Of a DNA stretch of 64,000 nt, positions 10,501-18,712 are shown piece after piece. Source of the DNA: an uncultured Candidatus Saccharibacteria bacterium. Its GTDB lineage: Bacteria; Patescibacteriota; WWE3; 2-01-FULL-39-13. Made by a program: the position numbers and the translations under genes. A model generated the notes under the pieces. That model saw only the letters and a list, made by a program, of their open reading frames with translations, was not told the DNA's origin and ran no database searches. The number at the start of each line of letters is the position of its first letter. Positions within the stretch are counted from its first letter, which is position 1. Where the stretch lies: contig CAYJKF010000003.1 of assembly GCA_964370865.1 (NCBI GenBank), positions 86,359 through 150,358 of the forward strand. The letters run 5' to 3'.

Positions 10501-12030
10501 GCTAGTAAAAATGTTTATGTGTATATTACTCAAGACTTAAAAGTTCATGCAGTGAATGGTACAAACGGTAGTCTCAAGTGGATTCGTAAACCAACTGTTA
10601 GAAATTACGGAGATCCAAGTACTACTAATAAATCTTTAGCTCAAGCCGAAGAAGGATGGCCAGTTATTGCAGAAAATCATGGTATTGTTTTTGTACGATA
10701 TAGATTAGATTGGCAAACACTTTGGGATGGACCAGCCGATAAAGCGACCTTCCCAGCTGACAATGCAACAGCTCGCAAATTCTTAGCTGATAATCCTGCT
10801 CAACAAGCTCTATTTGCTTTAAAACTTGATGATGGTGCTGATGCTTTCACAACACCACCAAATGCAGGAAATGGTGGCGCGGGTGATGGTGGTTACTTGC
10901 CAATGGGTCCGCAACCAATTGTACGTGTCGTGGATGGAAAAGAAGTCGCGTATATGCTCTTTAGAAATATTCAAACCTGCTCTAGGGAAAGTTGGTGTGA
11001 TGGAAGGGAAGACACCACGATGGGTGAGATGGTACTCGACAATTCTACTGTAACGGGGCTATCTGGTGGTGATGTCAGGTTCGTACAATGGAGTGATTCA
11101 AAGAATTATAATACCCCTCCAGCCGATCCTTACTACCATGATATGCAAACTGATGAAATGATGTATATCACTGGTTCAGGGGATACATTATTCCATAATC
11201 ACTGGCTTGCATCAGAAGCTTATACAATTACTGACAGAAGTTCAGGACTTGGTTTGAGTTATATTCAACCGATAAAGACTACTCATGCTCCTAATGTAAT
11301 TTGGAGACAGGTTTACTGCCCAACAAGCAATACTCAGTGTAATCCAGCGATTTATCCTGGTGGTACTGGTACGAATTATGGTCCTGCAAATTGTCCATTT
11401 AATGCATCAAGTCGATATTGCGCCAGTGGATTATATGGATATGGTGATTCTAGAGCTTATGCACCTGGATTTTATGAATATCATAATTCATATAACTCAA
11501 ATGATAATTCGAAACCATTTGTCGTTGTATCTGACGGACTTGTCCTAATAAAAACAAATGATGGTGCAGTTATTGCATTAGAAAACGGAAGTCCAACTGC
11601 ATCGATTTTTGCAGATACTATTCCTGAAAATGTGTTGGGAGCACAGACTGTTAGTGGACTTCCAGAATTTTCATACAGTGATGCCAAAGATCATATTGGT
11701 GAAAACATAGTTATAAAAGCTACTGTAGTTAGTGTAGAAAACAATATGCCAAAAGCGTATTACATTGGGTTTTCTGACAATCCTCATGAAACTTTTTTGG
11801 TTAGGGTATTTGCGAAAGATGTTTCAAAATTCGGCTATGATTTAAGTACACTTAAAGGAAAAACAATTAGGATTTCTGGAACACCAAGTTTATATTGGCC
11901 AGAAGGGAAAATCGCAGAATTGGTTGTAGATAGCCCAGAACAAATTTCAATTGTTGATGACTCTGTTGAGAATGAAAGCGGAGTTAAGAAGTTTATAAAA
12001 AATATTTTTGGAAAAAATGGAAAAAACTAG
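7540..12030 (+). CDS. Secreted modular protein: Ig-like (DUF5060-like) + clan GH-A glycoside hydrolase + PT linker + dockerin + PT linker + PQQ-like beta-propeller + C-terminal OB fold
   Basis: Signal peptide; WKVRFAP; GH-A acid/base WEAWNE and nucleophile-like WGE; dockerin repeats GDVNGDSTVSTID / TDQYRDGKVNGLD; WNQFGGNAQRT and ..W repeats typical of PQQ propellers. Confidence 0.8.
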   Translation: MKKNIVRLLSFVGFLFICANSAVAASTPTVTNFTPLSTSVGTFQKFEANFTISQTFPTDSLLPYYFYDPADNSATDPGRNSPYGIDGISVDVHFTAPSGKTLVVPAFYYQDYSRTGSYSSGITLTPTNNFNWKVRFAPSEVGFYDYYVTITDKNGTTRYPTANSMQLTATSSSSKGFIKVSAQDKRFLEFTNGDAFIPVSSGKQWWSCCGKRSFDFEKTFTDFGLNGVNFTRIWDQNDGYGLTVEGKYDGYKYPDDYPPIDTGVNIDAIQKGTQFNQRGNYEEDKIIESAEKNGVYIQLTSHGDPYWIWDGSTYDESWNKTPQIFGSQRHLSYWKRNFRYRVARWGYSTSVFGWEAWNEHGHITPGMDIYNFYSKYSSYQLQTDPYKHLRTTSQGSQAFSPAFWSSGFFDVANYHNYMMGWFSSDLKNDEANFVYRQAWCLRDITKLTSGSSYCNDLGLGDGTKWSTTFGNMPWVWGEIDVGTNTWNEPNPLTKTGEGRVRMLHNLAWSGLFSPLGTTPIDWYWEGEDVSTIANKLTQKKAVSSFFKDIKYDDNQMVYTMSTSDTPPGYIGETVDVTNSAIRVYAMKSANKQYVYGWIQNKNNTWANSASTTSPINGKATFKGLGTSSYKVEIWNTYTGQITSSTVMTPVNGLLDINVSNLTNDFAVKMISTNITPTPTPTPTPIPSPTPTPVTSPTPTPTPAITATPTPTVTPSAIGDGDVNGDSTVSTIDITTLLNNWNSTISSSTDQYRDGKVNGLDFAVVASALTAVTPTPSPTPTITPTPTPVVTPTPTPVPTPTPIPEATSGSWNQFGGNAQRTNFTSQTVQTPWRFKWQWNGSDANGQPQSNHLSVQDLVQPVSGGSRVYIVANNTVYALDKNSTNKVNGTVLWSKSGLGNLNSTVAYANEFVYVTSSNGLQKLDASNGSVAGTYNANSDLKFAPLINGNNVVVAADNGHLIAIDKNSLSKVWEYAPTSSSTSATTASYSASKNVYVYITQDLKVHAVNGTNGSLKWIRKPTVRNYGDPSTTNKSLAQAEEGWPVIAENHGIVFVRYRLDWQTLWDGPADKATFPADNATARKFLADNPAQQALFALKLDDGADAFTTPPNAGNGGAGDGGYLPMGPQPIVRVVDGKEVAYMLFRNIQTCSRESWCDGREDTTMGEMVLDNSTVTGLSGGDVRFVQWSDSKNYNTPPADPYYHDMQTDEMMYITGSGDTLFHNHWLASEAYTITDRSSGLGLSYIQPIKTTHAPNVIWRQVYCPTSNTQCNPAIYPGGTGTNYGPANCPFNASSRYCASGLYGYGDSRAYAPGFYEYHNSYNSNDNSKPFVVVSDGLVLIKTNDGAVIALENGSPTASIFADTIPENVLGAQTVSGLPEFSYSDAKDHIGENIVIKATVVSVENNMPKAYYIGFSDNPHETFLVRVFAKDVSKFGYDLSTLKGKTIRISGTPSLYWPEGKIAELVVDSPEQISIVDDSVENESGVKKFIKNIFGKNGKN
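9562..9950 (+). repeat. Pro/Thr (TP)n low-complexity linkers flanking the dockerin domain
   Basis: Degenerate ACNCCN codon repeats encoding TPTPTP on both sides of the dockerin. Confidence 0.85.
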
Positions 12031-13699
12031 AATTATACAAAAAGCAGATTTTTATCGAATAGTAAAATTTTCAATGTCTGGTTTACTATCAATTCTTGCT
12101 GGAATCGGTATTGCAAATAGTGCTTTACTTCCTGATGCACCTATTGGAAGTTCACTTAAATTACCTGAAATTTATAATGCGACAGTAAACACTGAGTTTA
12201 GTGTTCCAGTCACTGTAAATACAAATGGAACCCCTGTCGTTGCAATAGATTTTAATTTGAATTTTCCAAAAGAAAAACTTCAGCTTATGCGAATTTCTCC
12301 ATCAGCAACCTTACCAACAACTTTAACCTTTACGCCTTCTTGGTCTCAGATTGTAAATACTGCTAATCAAACTGGAAATCTTTCATTTACTGTTCTAACT
12401 TTTGATACAACAAAATCTACGGTTACAGAGCCAATTGATTCAACAAATGATTTGGTTATAGCGAACTTAATTTTTACACCTTTAGTAGTTAGCCAAGCTG
12501 AAGTAAGTTGGCTCTATTCATATGAATTAACTACTGATAGCAATGTAATAAGTGCAGGTGAGCCCAAAGATATATTAAATAGCGTAACAAGCATGCTAGT
12601 TGTTACAAGTGATCCAACTCCAGTACCAACACCAACACCAACACCAACTCCTGTCCCAACTATATTACCTGATGATACACAAGAAATAACAAATCCAGGG
12701 TTTGAAAATACTTTAACTGGATGGCAAGTATCTGGAACATCTGTAGTTCAGACAGCTCATTCAGGAACAAATGCTGCCAAATTGACTAATACATCAGCAT
12801 ATATTTCACAAAATATCGCTTCGAAATTAAAAGAAAATCAGGCATATGTCTTTTCAGCCTACGTTAAGGTCTCAAAAGCTGGTACAAGCTGGGGTGTTCC
12901 TACTCTACGTTTAAGTAAATATAAGGATTTGGGTAGTTCTGATTTTGGTCAGGCGTTATCTGTAAACAAGGTAGACAGCAATTGGCAACAAATTAAGGTA
13001 ACGAAGACTTTCACGTCATCTGAATTATCTTCAGGGGTCTATGTTGGTATACGTAATTTTGGATTTGATGGAGAATCAATTATAGATGATTTTTCAGTAA
13101 CACAATCAGTCACACCTAGCCCAACACCTACTCCAACAGCTACACCTACGCCAACGGCTACACCAACACCAACACCAACACCTACACCAACGGCAGTGCC
13201 AACTCCAGCTACCATAACTTTAACTGGAAGTATTGTTAATCAAGATGGAGATCAATATACTTCCACAAAGAGCTGGATAGGTACAGGGGCAAATGCATCT
13301 TCTAGCTACACAGGTATTAGATTTGCTGGTGTTAAACTCCCTGCAAATGCAAAGATTCAATCTGCTTTACTAGAAGTAAAAGCGTCTACTACGGAATGGA
13401 TTTTGGTTTCAGTTTCAATAAATGGTGAGAATAGTGGAGATTCTTCAAGATTCTCAAGTAAATCGTTACCAGCATCAAGAAGTCTTACACAGGCTAATGC
13501 TGCTTATTCAAGTGACAGTCAGTGGACTAGTGGGAGTTGGAATAAACTCGATGATATAAGTTCTATTGTGCAGTCAATTGTAAATCGTCAGGATTGGAAA
13601 TCAGGAAATGCACTTAGCATAATAACTAAGGGTACTGGTACAGCTTACGGGCGAAAATCTATAAATGGTGCAAGATTGATCATAACATATACGCAATAA
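12017..13699 (+). CDS. Secreted or anchored protein: cohesin-like domain + PT linker + CBM-like jelly roll (NPGFE) + PT linker + beta-sandwich domain
   Basis: Hydrophobic N terminus. VNTEFSVPVTVNT..VAIDFNLNFPKEKLQL matches the cohesin pattern. ITNPGFE..W..AHSG is CBM4/16-like. Overlaps the upstream stop (alternative TTG start at 12008). Confidence 0.75.
   Translation: MEKTRIIQKADFYRIVKFSMSGLLSILAGIGIANSALLPDAPIGSSLKLPEIYNATVNTEFSVPVTVNTNGTPVVAIDFNLNFPKEKLQLMRISPSATLPTTLTFTPSWSQIVNTANQTGNLSFTVLTFDTTKSTVTEPIDSTNDLVIANLIFTPLVVSQAEVSWLYSYELTTDSNVISAGEPKDILNSVTSMLVVTSDPTPVPTPTPTPTPVPTILPDDTQEITNPGFENTLTGWQVSGTSVVQTAHSGTNAAKLTNTSAYISQNIASKLKENQAYVFSAYVKVSKAGTSWGVPTLRLSKYKDLGSSDFGQALSVNKVDSNWQQIKVTKTFTSSELSSGVYVGIRNFGFDGESIIDDFSVTQSVTPSPTPTPTATPTPTATPTPTPTPTPTAVPTPATITLTGSIVNQDGDQYTSTKSWIGTGANASSSYTGIRFAGVKLPANAKIQSALLEVKASTTEWILVSVSINGENSGDSSRFSSKSLPASRSLTQANAAYSSDSQWTSGSWNKLDDISSIVQSIVNRQDWKSGNALSIITKGTGTAYGRKSINGARLIITYTQ
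12676..13107 (+). repeat. Copy 1 of a 432-bp inverted repeat (CBM-like module)
   Basis: Reverse complement of 20771..21202. Identical over 12764..13002 by manual comparison. Confidence 0.95.
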
Positions 13700-13724
13700 C
13701 TGAAAGTCTAACTTCAATCAGGTA

Positions 13725-14987
13725 ATGAATATCTTTAAGAAATACCTAAAAAAACTAGGACCTGGCTTTATTACCGGTGCCTCAGATGATGATCCATCTG
13801 GCATTGCAACATATTCACAAACTGGGGCGTTATTTGGTTATAATCAACTTTGGACAGCCCTTTTTTCCTTTCCTTTCATGACCGTCATCCAGGAAATGTG
13901 TGGGAGAATTGGAATAGTAACAGGCAAAGGTTTAGCTGGAGTTATTCGATTACATTACTCAAAGTCAGTTTTGTATTTTGCTGTTTTTATTCTTATTCTT
14001 GCCAATACGGTTAATATAGGCTCCGACCTTGGCGCAATGGCATCCTCCGCGCAGCTCATAATACCACTTCCTTTTCCAGTTTTACTTATCTTTATCACCA
14101 TAATCTGTTTACTCCTTCAAGTTTTTGTATCGTACCACGTCTATGCTAGTATATTAAAATATTTTACGTTTTCACTTCTTGCATATGTAATTACGGTCTT
14201 TGTTCTTAAACAAGATTGGTCGTTAGCTCTGATTTCAACCGTTTTTCCAACTTTCAGTATCACGAAGCAATATCTCCTAAACATCGTTGCAATACTTGGT
14301 ACTACAATCTCACCGTATCTATTTTTCTGGCAAGCCAGCGAAGAAGTGGAGGAGGAGGTTGAGAAAGGTAAGCTAAAAAGTATGGGAGCTGGTATACCAA
14401 AATTTACCAAAAGGGATATTAAAGATCTTAGATTTGACACGATCGTAGGAATGTTTTTTTCGAATATAGTGATGTACTTCATAATTCTTACGACGGCTTC
14501 CACACTGGGACAACATGGCATAACAGACATACAAACCGCCGATCAAGCTGCACAAGCACTGCAGCCGCTAGCTGGACCATTTGCCTCATTACTTTTTACC
14601 GTTGGTATTATTGGGACAGGACTTTTAGCTGTTCCTGTCCTTGCAGGCTCTGCTTCATACGCACTTTCTGAAACTTTTGGGTGGAAAGAAGGGTTATATC
14701 GAAAATTCAAACAAGCTCATGGGTTTTATGGGATCATCACAATTGCAACACTATTAGGCCTGCTCATTAACTTCACGTCTATTCCACCATTTAAAATGCT
14801 TTACTACACAGCAGTATTAAATGGAATTTGCGCACCACCACTAATGATACTAATTTTGCTAATCTCAAATAATGGAAAAATTATGAAAGGCTACACTAAT
14901 GGAAAGTTTTCTAATGTTATGGGGTGGATTATTACAATACTAATGTCTGTCTCTGCCACTGCTCTTATCGCAACCTTTCTTTTCTGA
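13725..14987 (+). CDS. NRAMP-family divalent metal transporter
   Basis: LGPGFITGASDDDPSGIATYS and GTTISPY motifs; about 11 hydrophobic segments. Confidence 0.9.
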   Translation: MNIFKKYLKKLGPGFITGASDDDPSGIATYSQTGALFGYNQLWTALFSFPFMTVIQEMCGRIGIVTGKGLAGVIRLHYSKSVLYFAVFILILANTVNIGSDLGAMASSAQLIIPLPFPVLLIFITIICLLLQVFVSYHVYASILKYFTFSLLAYVITVFVLKQDWSLALISTVFPTFSITKQYLLNIVAILGTTISPYLFFWQASEEVEEEVEKGKLKSMGAGIPKFTKRDIKDLRFDTIVGMFFSNIVMYFIILTTASTLGQHGITDIQTADQAAQALQPLAGPFASLLFTVGIIGTGLLAVPVLAGSASYALSETFGWKEGLYRKFKQAHGFYGIITIATLLGLLINFTSIPPFKMLYYTAVLNGICAPPLMILILLISNNGKIMKGYTNGKFSNVMGWIITILMSVSATALIATFLF

Positions 14988-15043
14988 TGTTGGTTAGTAG
15001 TTATGTTGGGGTAAAGGATTATCTTAGGAATTTTTAAAACAAT

Positions 15044-15086
15044 GTGAGACCGTGTTATCGACTTTCGTCAAAAAACACGGTCTCAC
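15044..15086 (-). terminator. Long stem-loop 3' of the 15108..15614 gene (possibly bidirectional)
   Basis: GTGAGACCGTGTT/AACACGGTCTCAC 13-bp stem with an inner GAC-GAAA-GTC on the minus strand, between convergent genes. Confidence 0.75.
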
Positions 15087-15107
15087 TACCGCGAATCGTG
15101 GAAACTA

Positions 15108-15614
15108 CTAGCCCCACGGCAATACGGTAAAGTACTTCCAGTTACACTCCCAACGCCCCGCACCGGGAGGTAACAAATAGGGATACCACATGCACTCCTC
15201 GTAGACCAATGAGACCCTGATATGTTTTGGAATCTGGATGATATTTCCAACTTCAGGTTCCCCTGGAGGAGTGTCAACTGGTCGGTATGGGTATACTGTA
15301 ATCTCCCGTTCTAAGTCGCTGGCTATGACTCTATCAACACGAATCCTGTTTGGGTAGTATTCTCCCGTAATTGGATCCTGCCAAACCTCAGTTCCCGACT
15401 CGGAACCATCCCGAAGCCAAAATACAACATGCTTAGCTCGAATCTCGGTCCGTGTCCACCCCGCAACGATTGGTGCAAATATACGATACAACTGTCCTGG
15501 GGTCGGTTCCGGTGTTTGCAGAGGTTCCTGCGCCTGAGCTGTCATAGGAACAATCCCTATTACGACAACCGCCAAAATCTTTATTATAAGATACAGCAAC
15601 TTCGATCTCATCAT
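15108..15614 (-). CDS. Secreted orphan protein, GC-richer than the background
   Basis: Signal peptide ending AQA. SD AGGAGG. Has its own TGaTATAAT promoter and leader hairpin. Confidence 0.8.
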   Translation of the reverse strand: MMRSKLLYLIIKILAVVVIGIVPMTAQAQEPLQTPEPTPGQLYRIFAPIVAGWTRTEIRAKHVVFWLRDGSESGTEVWQDPITGEYYPNRIRVDRVIASDLEREITVYPYRPVDTPPGEPEVGNIIQIPKHIRVSLVYEECMWYPYLLPPGAGRWECNWKYFTVLPWG

Positions 15615-15672
15615 ACCCTCCTGTGTGAAAATAATGTGCTAAAGCCGCGTTGGCTTGAGTGAGATTATATCA
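15615..15672 (-). promoter_or_regulatory. Extended -10 promoter plus leader hairpin AAGCC-AACGC-GGCTT, boxA-like GCACATTA and SD
   Basis: Minus strand reads TGATATAAT-ctcactc-AAGCCAACGCGGCTT-taGCACATTAttttcacacAGGAGGgtATG. Confidence 0.75.
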
Positions 15673-15833
15673 ATAACACCTAAATTGTCCTAATTGACGC
15701 TGACTTAAAATTTAAACATGATAGTGAAGAGGTATCAAAAGCCGTGGTGAGTCTCAGAGTTCAAATCTGGAACACCTAATTCAAAATTAATAACATAATC
15801 CGAAAAAATATATATTGATTGATAAAAAAGATT

Positions 15834-15875
15834 GGGAACCGGTCGATTGCTTGTTAGCATATTCGACCGGTCCCC
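15834..15875 (-). terminator. Intrinsic terminator 3' of the 15885..16232 gene
   Basis: GGGACCGGTCGA...TCGACCGGTTCC stem (G-U pair valid on the minus strand), followed by a T-tract. Confidence 0.8.
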
Positions 15876-15884
15876 GGCTAGAGG

Positions 15885-16232
15885 TTAGTTCAGCCATCCA
15901 TGATTTGCTGAGCCAGCCTCAAGCGTCGCGGCCACCATCTGGCTTATTTCGTCCTTTATCAGGCCGATTTGCAATGCGTTAAGCACTGTGGAGGCGTTGA
16001 TTCGCCGATCCCCTTCGGGGAACACTACTGTTACAGCCGACATTATTCCATGCTCCTGACATGCAATAATGCCTGTAAAGGCAAATTCTGTTGCGCTTTG
16101 TGGTAACAGCCTTTGAACCAGCGATATACTCTCGTCGCAAATTACGCAATCCGCTAGGCGACATTCACCCGATGTAATCTCCTTTCCAATTACTACAACA
16201 ACCGCCATGAGCGACATTTTCCCTTTACACAT
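15885..16232 (-). CDS. Orphan protein with a putative Zn-ribbon (CxxC...CxxH), GC-richer than the background
   Basis: CVIC and CQEH motifs. SD GGGAG, consensus promoter upstream and terminator downstream. Confidence 0.7.
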   Translation of the reverse strand: MCKGKMSLMAVVVVIGKEITSGECRLADCVICDESISLVQRLLPQSATEFAFTGIIACQEHGIMSAVTVVFPEGDRRINASTVLNALQIGLIKDEISQMVAATLEAGSANHGWLN

Positions 16233-16239
16233 GTGAGAG

Positions 16240-16319
16240 TCTCCCTTGTGTGGGTTCGTGGCTAACCGCAGTTGGTTTGCTACGTTTTTTTATTATATAT
16301 CCCATAGTTAGAGTGTCAA
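16240..16319 (-). promoter_or_regulatory. Consensus sigma70 promoter TTGACA-N16-TATAAT plus leader hairpin (AACTGC loop) and SD
   Basis: Minus strand: TTGACA at 16319-16314, TATAAT at 16297-16292, GCAAACC-AACTGC-GGTTAGC at 16280-16261. Confidence 0.8.
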
Positions 16320-16479
16320 TACATCTGTATTTGGAGGACAATTCTAAAAATTAAAGCTATTGAACGAAAGTCTCATAATATTGAGACGATTGTGATTCAT
16401 GATGATATTTATTTTTCGGAACGCTCTATTAGCCTCATTTATCGCATAAAAAGATGATTTAAGATGTGTGAAAGACAAA

Positions 16480-16554
16480 TGGTGACCCTACGGGGAGTCG
16501 AACCCCGCTTTACAGGATGAAAACCTGCTGTCCTAACCGATAGACGATAGGGCC
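16480..16554 (-). tRNA. tRNA-Glu(TTC)
   Basis: GGCCCTA...TAGGGTC-A-CCA. Anticodon arm GCAGG-TTTTCAT-CCTGT. T loop TTCGACT. Confidence 0.95.
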
Positions 16555-16592
16555 ATTGTTTAAACGTAAACTTAGAAAGTATACCAAACAAA

Positions 16593-16616
16593 AAGCCCCT
16601 CATAAATGAGGGGCTT
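16593..16616 (-). terminator. Intrinsic terminator after the YceI-like gene
   Basis: AAGCCCCTCAT/ATGAGGGGCTT inverted repeat with a T-rich tail on the minus strand. Confidence 0.8.
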
Positions 16617-16636
16617 CGACGTTTTACTAAATATAA

Positions 16637-17323
16637 TTAGTTTCTTGTACCCATTACATCGAAATTTATTGCAACTTCATCCTCGACAGTATAAACATTA
16701 AGTAAATTTGGAGCTTTAATTCCAAAATCACTCATCTTAATTCTTGACTCACCACTAGCAATTAAAGCTTCAGGTGTAACGTTGTAGGTTACATTGAAAT
16801 CAACCTGTTTCGAAACTCCATTTATTGTAACGTTTAATGGTAAAACAGCTGTTTGATCTGTACCTTCTATCATCGTTAGATTAGTGAAATCTCCACTTAT
16901 AATAATATCCTTTTCACTAACATAATTTTGAAATAAATCAGAATCTCTTGTTGGGTTTCCAGTCGTAAAGTCTGAGAAACTAAAATTAGCTTCTACTCTC
17001 CCCATCATAGTTACTGGGTCGAAGTATCCATTACCTGCAATAGTAGTATTTACACCTTCAACATCAGAAGGACCAGTAGCAATAAATACTTTATTTGCAA
17101 TGTATTTGACAGTACCCTCCGTAATCGTGTATCGATAAGAGCCTTCAGGGGCATCAGATTGAGTTTCCTCAACCATCATTGTTTCTGTTTCAGTAACAAC
17201 CGAACTTTCATCCATCATGGTTGTTGCAGGAACTTCAGGGTTTTTATTAACCATATAAACTAATCCGCCGAATACGAGAACTCCCACGGCTGCAAGGAGG
17301 TAATACGTAGATTTTTGATCCAT
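16637..17323 (-). CDS. YceI-like lipid/polyisoprenoid-binding protein, membrane-anchored
   Basis: TGNPTRD, LNVTINGVSK and IKMSDFGI motifs. Start reassigned to MDQKS (17323), which avoids overlap with the divergent gene. Confidence 0.8.
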   Translation of the reverse strand: MDQKSTYYLLAAVGVLVFGGLVYMVNKNPEVPATTMMDESSVVTETETMMVEETQSDAPEGSYRYTITEGTVKYIANKVFIATGPSDVEGVNTTIAGNGYFDPVTMMGRVEANFSFSDFTTGNPTRDSDLFQNYVSEKDIIISGDFTNLTMIEGTDQTAVLPLNVTINGVSKQVDFNVTYNVTPEALIASGESRIKMSDFGIKAPNLLNVYTVEDEVAINFDVMGTRN

Positions 17324-17341
17324 GAATGCTAATATAAACAA

Positions 17342-18541
17342 ATGGCTAACAAAACACAAATCATAATCGTGGGAGGAGGATTTGGGGGCGTAAGTACAGC
17401 ACAAACAATACTTAAGCAAAATTTAAATGTACAAATAACTTTAATAGATTTAAAAAACTACTTCTTATTCACACCACTTCTTCATGAAATCGCTACGGGA
17501 AGTCTCGACGAAAACCTTATCGTTACAGCTTATAAGCAAATCTTTAAAAAGAAACATGTAAATATATTAATTGGAGAAATTAAAGGGATAAACACTAGCA
17601 AGAAAACTATTTCCATTAATGACAATGATATTCCATATGACTTACTAATATTAGGTACAGGAGCTAAAGCAATCAAAGCTCCTTATAAAAGTAAAAATAT
17701 TATTGAATTAAAAACAATAGAAAACGGTATGCAAATTAAATCCATGATTCTGGACTTAATGGACTGTATTGATAGCGGTCAGCATAAAACCACCCAATTA
17801 CAATTCGCAGTTATAGGCGGGGGACCGACGGGAATTGAAATGGTTTTGGAACTAGCAGACTATATTAGAAATAGTTTGCTTACTATATATAGAAAATTGG
17901 ACCAAAACGACATACAAATTTACTTAATAACAAAAGAAGCGGACATTTTACTTAGGATGCACCCCAGTGTGCGAAAAATTGCACAAGATAGACTAAATGA
18001 ACTGGGAGTCGAACTAATTACTAATTGCGAAATTCACGATATACAGGACAACAAAATACATACAAATAATAAAATAATACAGTCGGATTTAATCGTATGG
18101 ACAGTTGGTGTTCAGGCACATTACCCATTACTTCCAGATAATATCGAACGAGATGAAAAAGGGAAGTTGATTGTGGATGATTTCTTAAAGTTAAATAATA
18201 GTAACTCAATTTATTGTGTAGGAGATCTAGTTTCTGGATACCCAATGGATGCTCAAGCTGCTACATGGCATGGAGAATATCTGGGCAACAATCTGGCACG
18301 GCTTCTAAAGAAAGAGAAAATGATATACAAGAAATATAAGCCACTAGGAGAGTTAATTTCTTTAGGAGGACAATATGCGGCAGGAAGGTCCTTTGGAATC
18401 ACAATGTCCGGCTGGATAGTCTGGTTTATATGGAGATCAACTTACTTCTTTAAAATCCCAACAATCAGAAAAAAGGTAGTCGTTGGGGTTAACTGGTTTC
18501 TTAACCTTTTCAGTACCAGGGATCTAACAAATCTTAAGTAA
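17342..18541 (+). CDS. ndh: Type II NADH:quinone oxidoreductase (NDH-2 family)
   Basis: GGGFGG FAD motif, FTPLLHE, GGGPTGIE, GD motif and a C-terminal amphipathic W-rich helix. Confidence 0.85.
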   Translation: MANKTQIIIVGGGFGGVSTAQTILKQNLNVQITLIDLKNYFLFTPLLHEIATGSLDENLIVTAYKQIFKKKHVNILIGEIKGINTSKKTISINDNDIPYDLLILGTGAKAIKAPYKSKNIIELKTIENGMQIKSMILDLMDCIDSGQHKTTQLQFAVIGGGPTGIEMVLELADYIRNSLLTIYRKLDQNDIQIYLITKEADILLRMHPSVRKIAQDRLNELGVELITNCEIHDIQDNKIHTNNKIIQSDLIVWTVGVQAHYPLLPDNIERDEKGKLIVDDFLKLNNSNSIYCVGDLVSGYPMDAQAATWHGEYLGNNLARLLKKEKMIYKKYKPLGELISLGGQYAAGRSFGITMSGWIVWFIWRSTYFFKIPTIRKKVVVGVNWFLNLFSTRDLTNLK

Positions 18542-18582
18542 TTGAAGTTCAACAATCGCCCCTTATAGATATAGGTCTTTTC

Positions 18583-18712
18583 TGGTATAATATGGCTACT
18601 CTCTAAGCAGTAAGAAACCGTAAGTTACTCACCATGTTCCTTAACGTTTTCCCCTACTCTAGAAGTAAAAAAGTTAATTAAACATGAAGGCGGTGAATAA
18701 CAAAAAATAATA
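18583..18712 (+). promoter_or_regulatory. Extended -10 promoter and long structured 5' UTR of the RRM gene
   Basis: TGGTATAAT at 18583-18591. Irregular hairpin 18624..18701 pairs the GGTGA SD-like sequence. Confidence 0.6.

Noticed and set aside
13725-14987. Alternative genetic code (TGA read as Gly)
   Set aside because: Conserved genes are full length in code 11, and TGA ends genes such as the NRAMP and TrmH-family genes at plausible positions.
15044-15875. 3' hairpins of the orphan genes as integron attC sites
   Set aside because: No RYYYAAC...GTTRRRY ends bounding the stems and no integrase. G-U pairs and T-rich tails fit RNA terminators better.
17324-17419. Cys-rich N-terminal extension of the YceI ORF, and similar upstream extensions of lexA, secG and the kinase
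   Set aside because: The extensions overlap neighbouring genes or promoters. Downstream ATGs give better starts.
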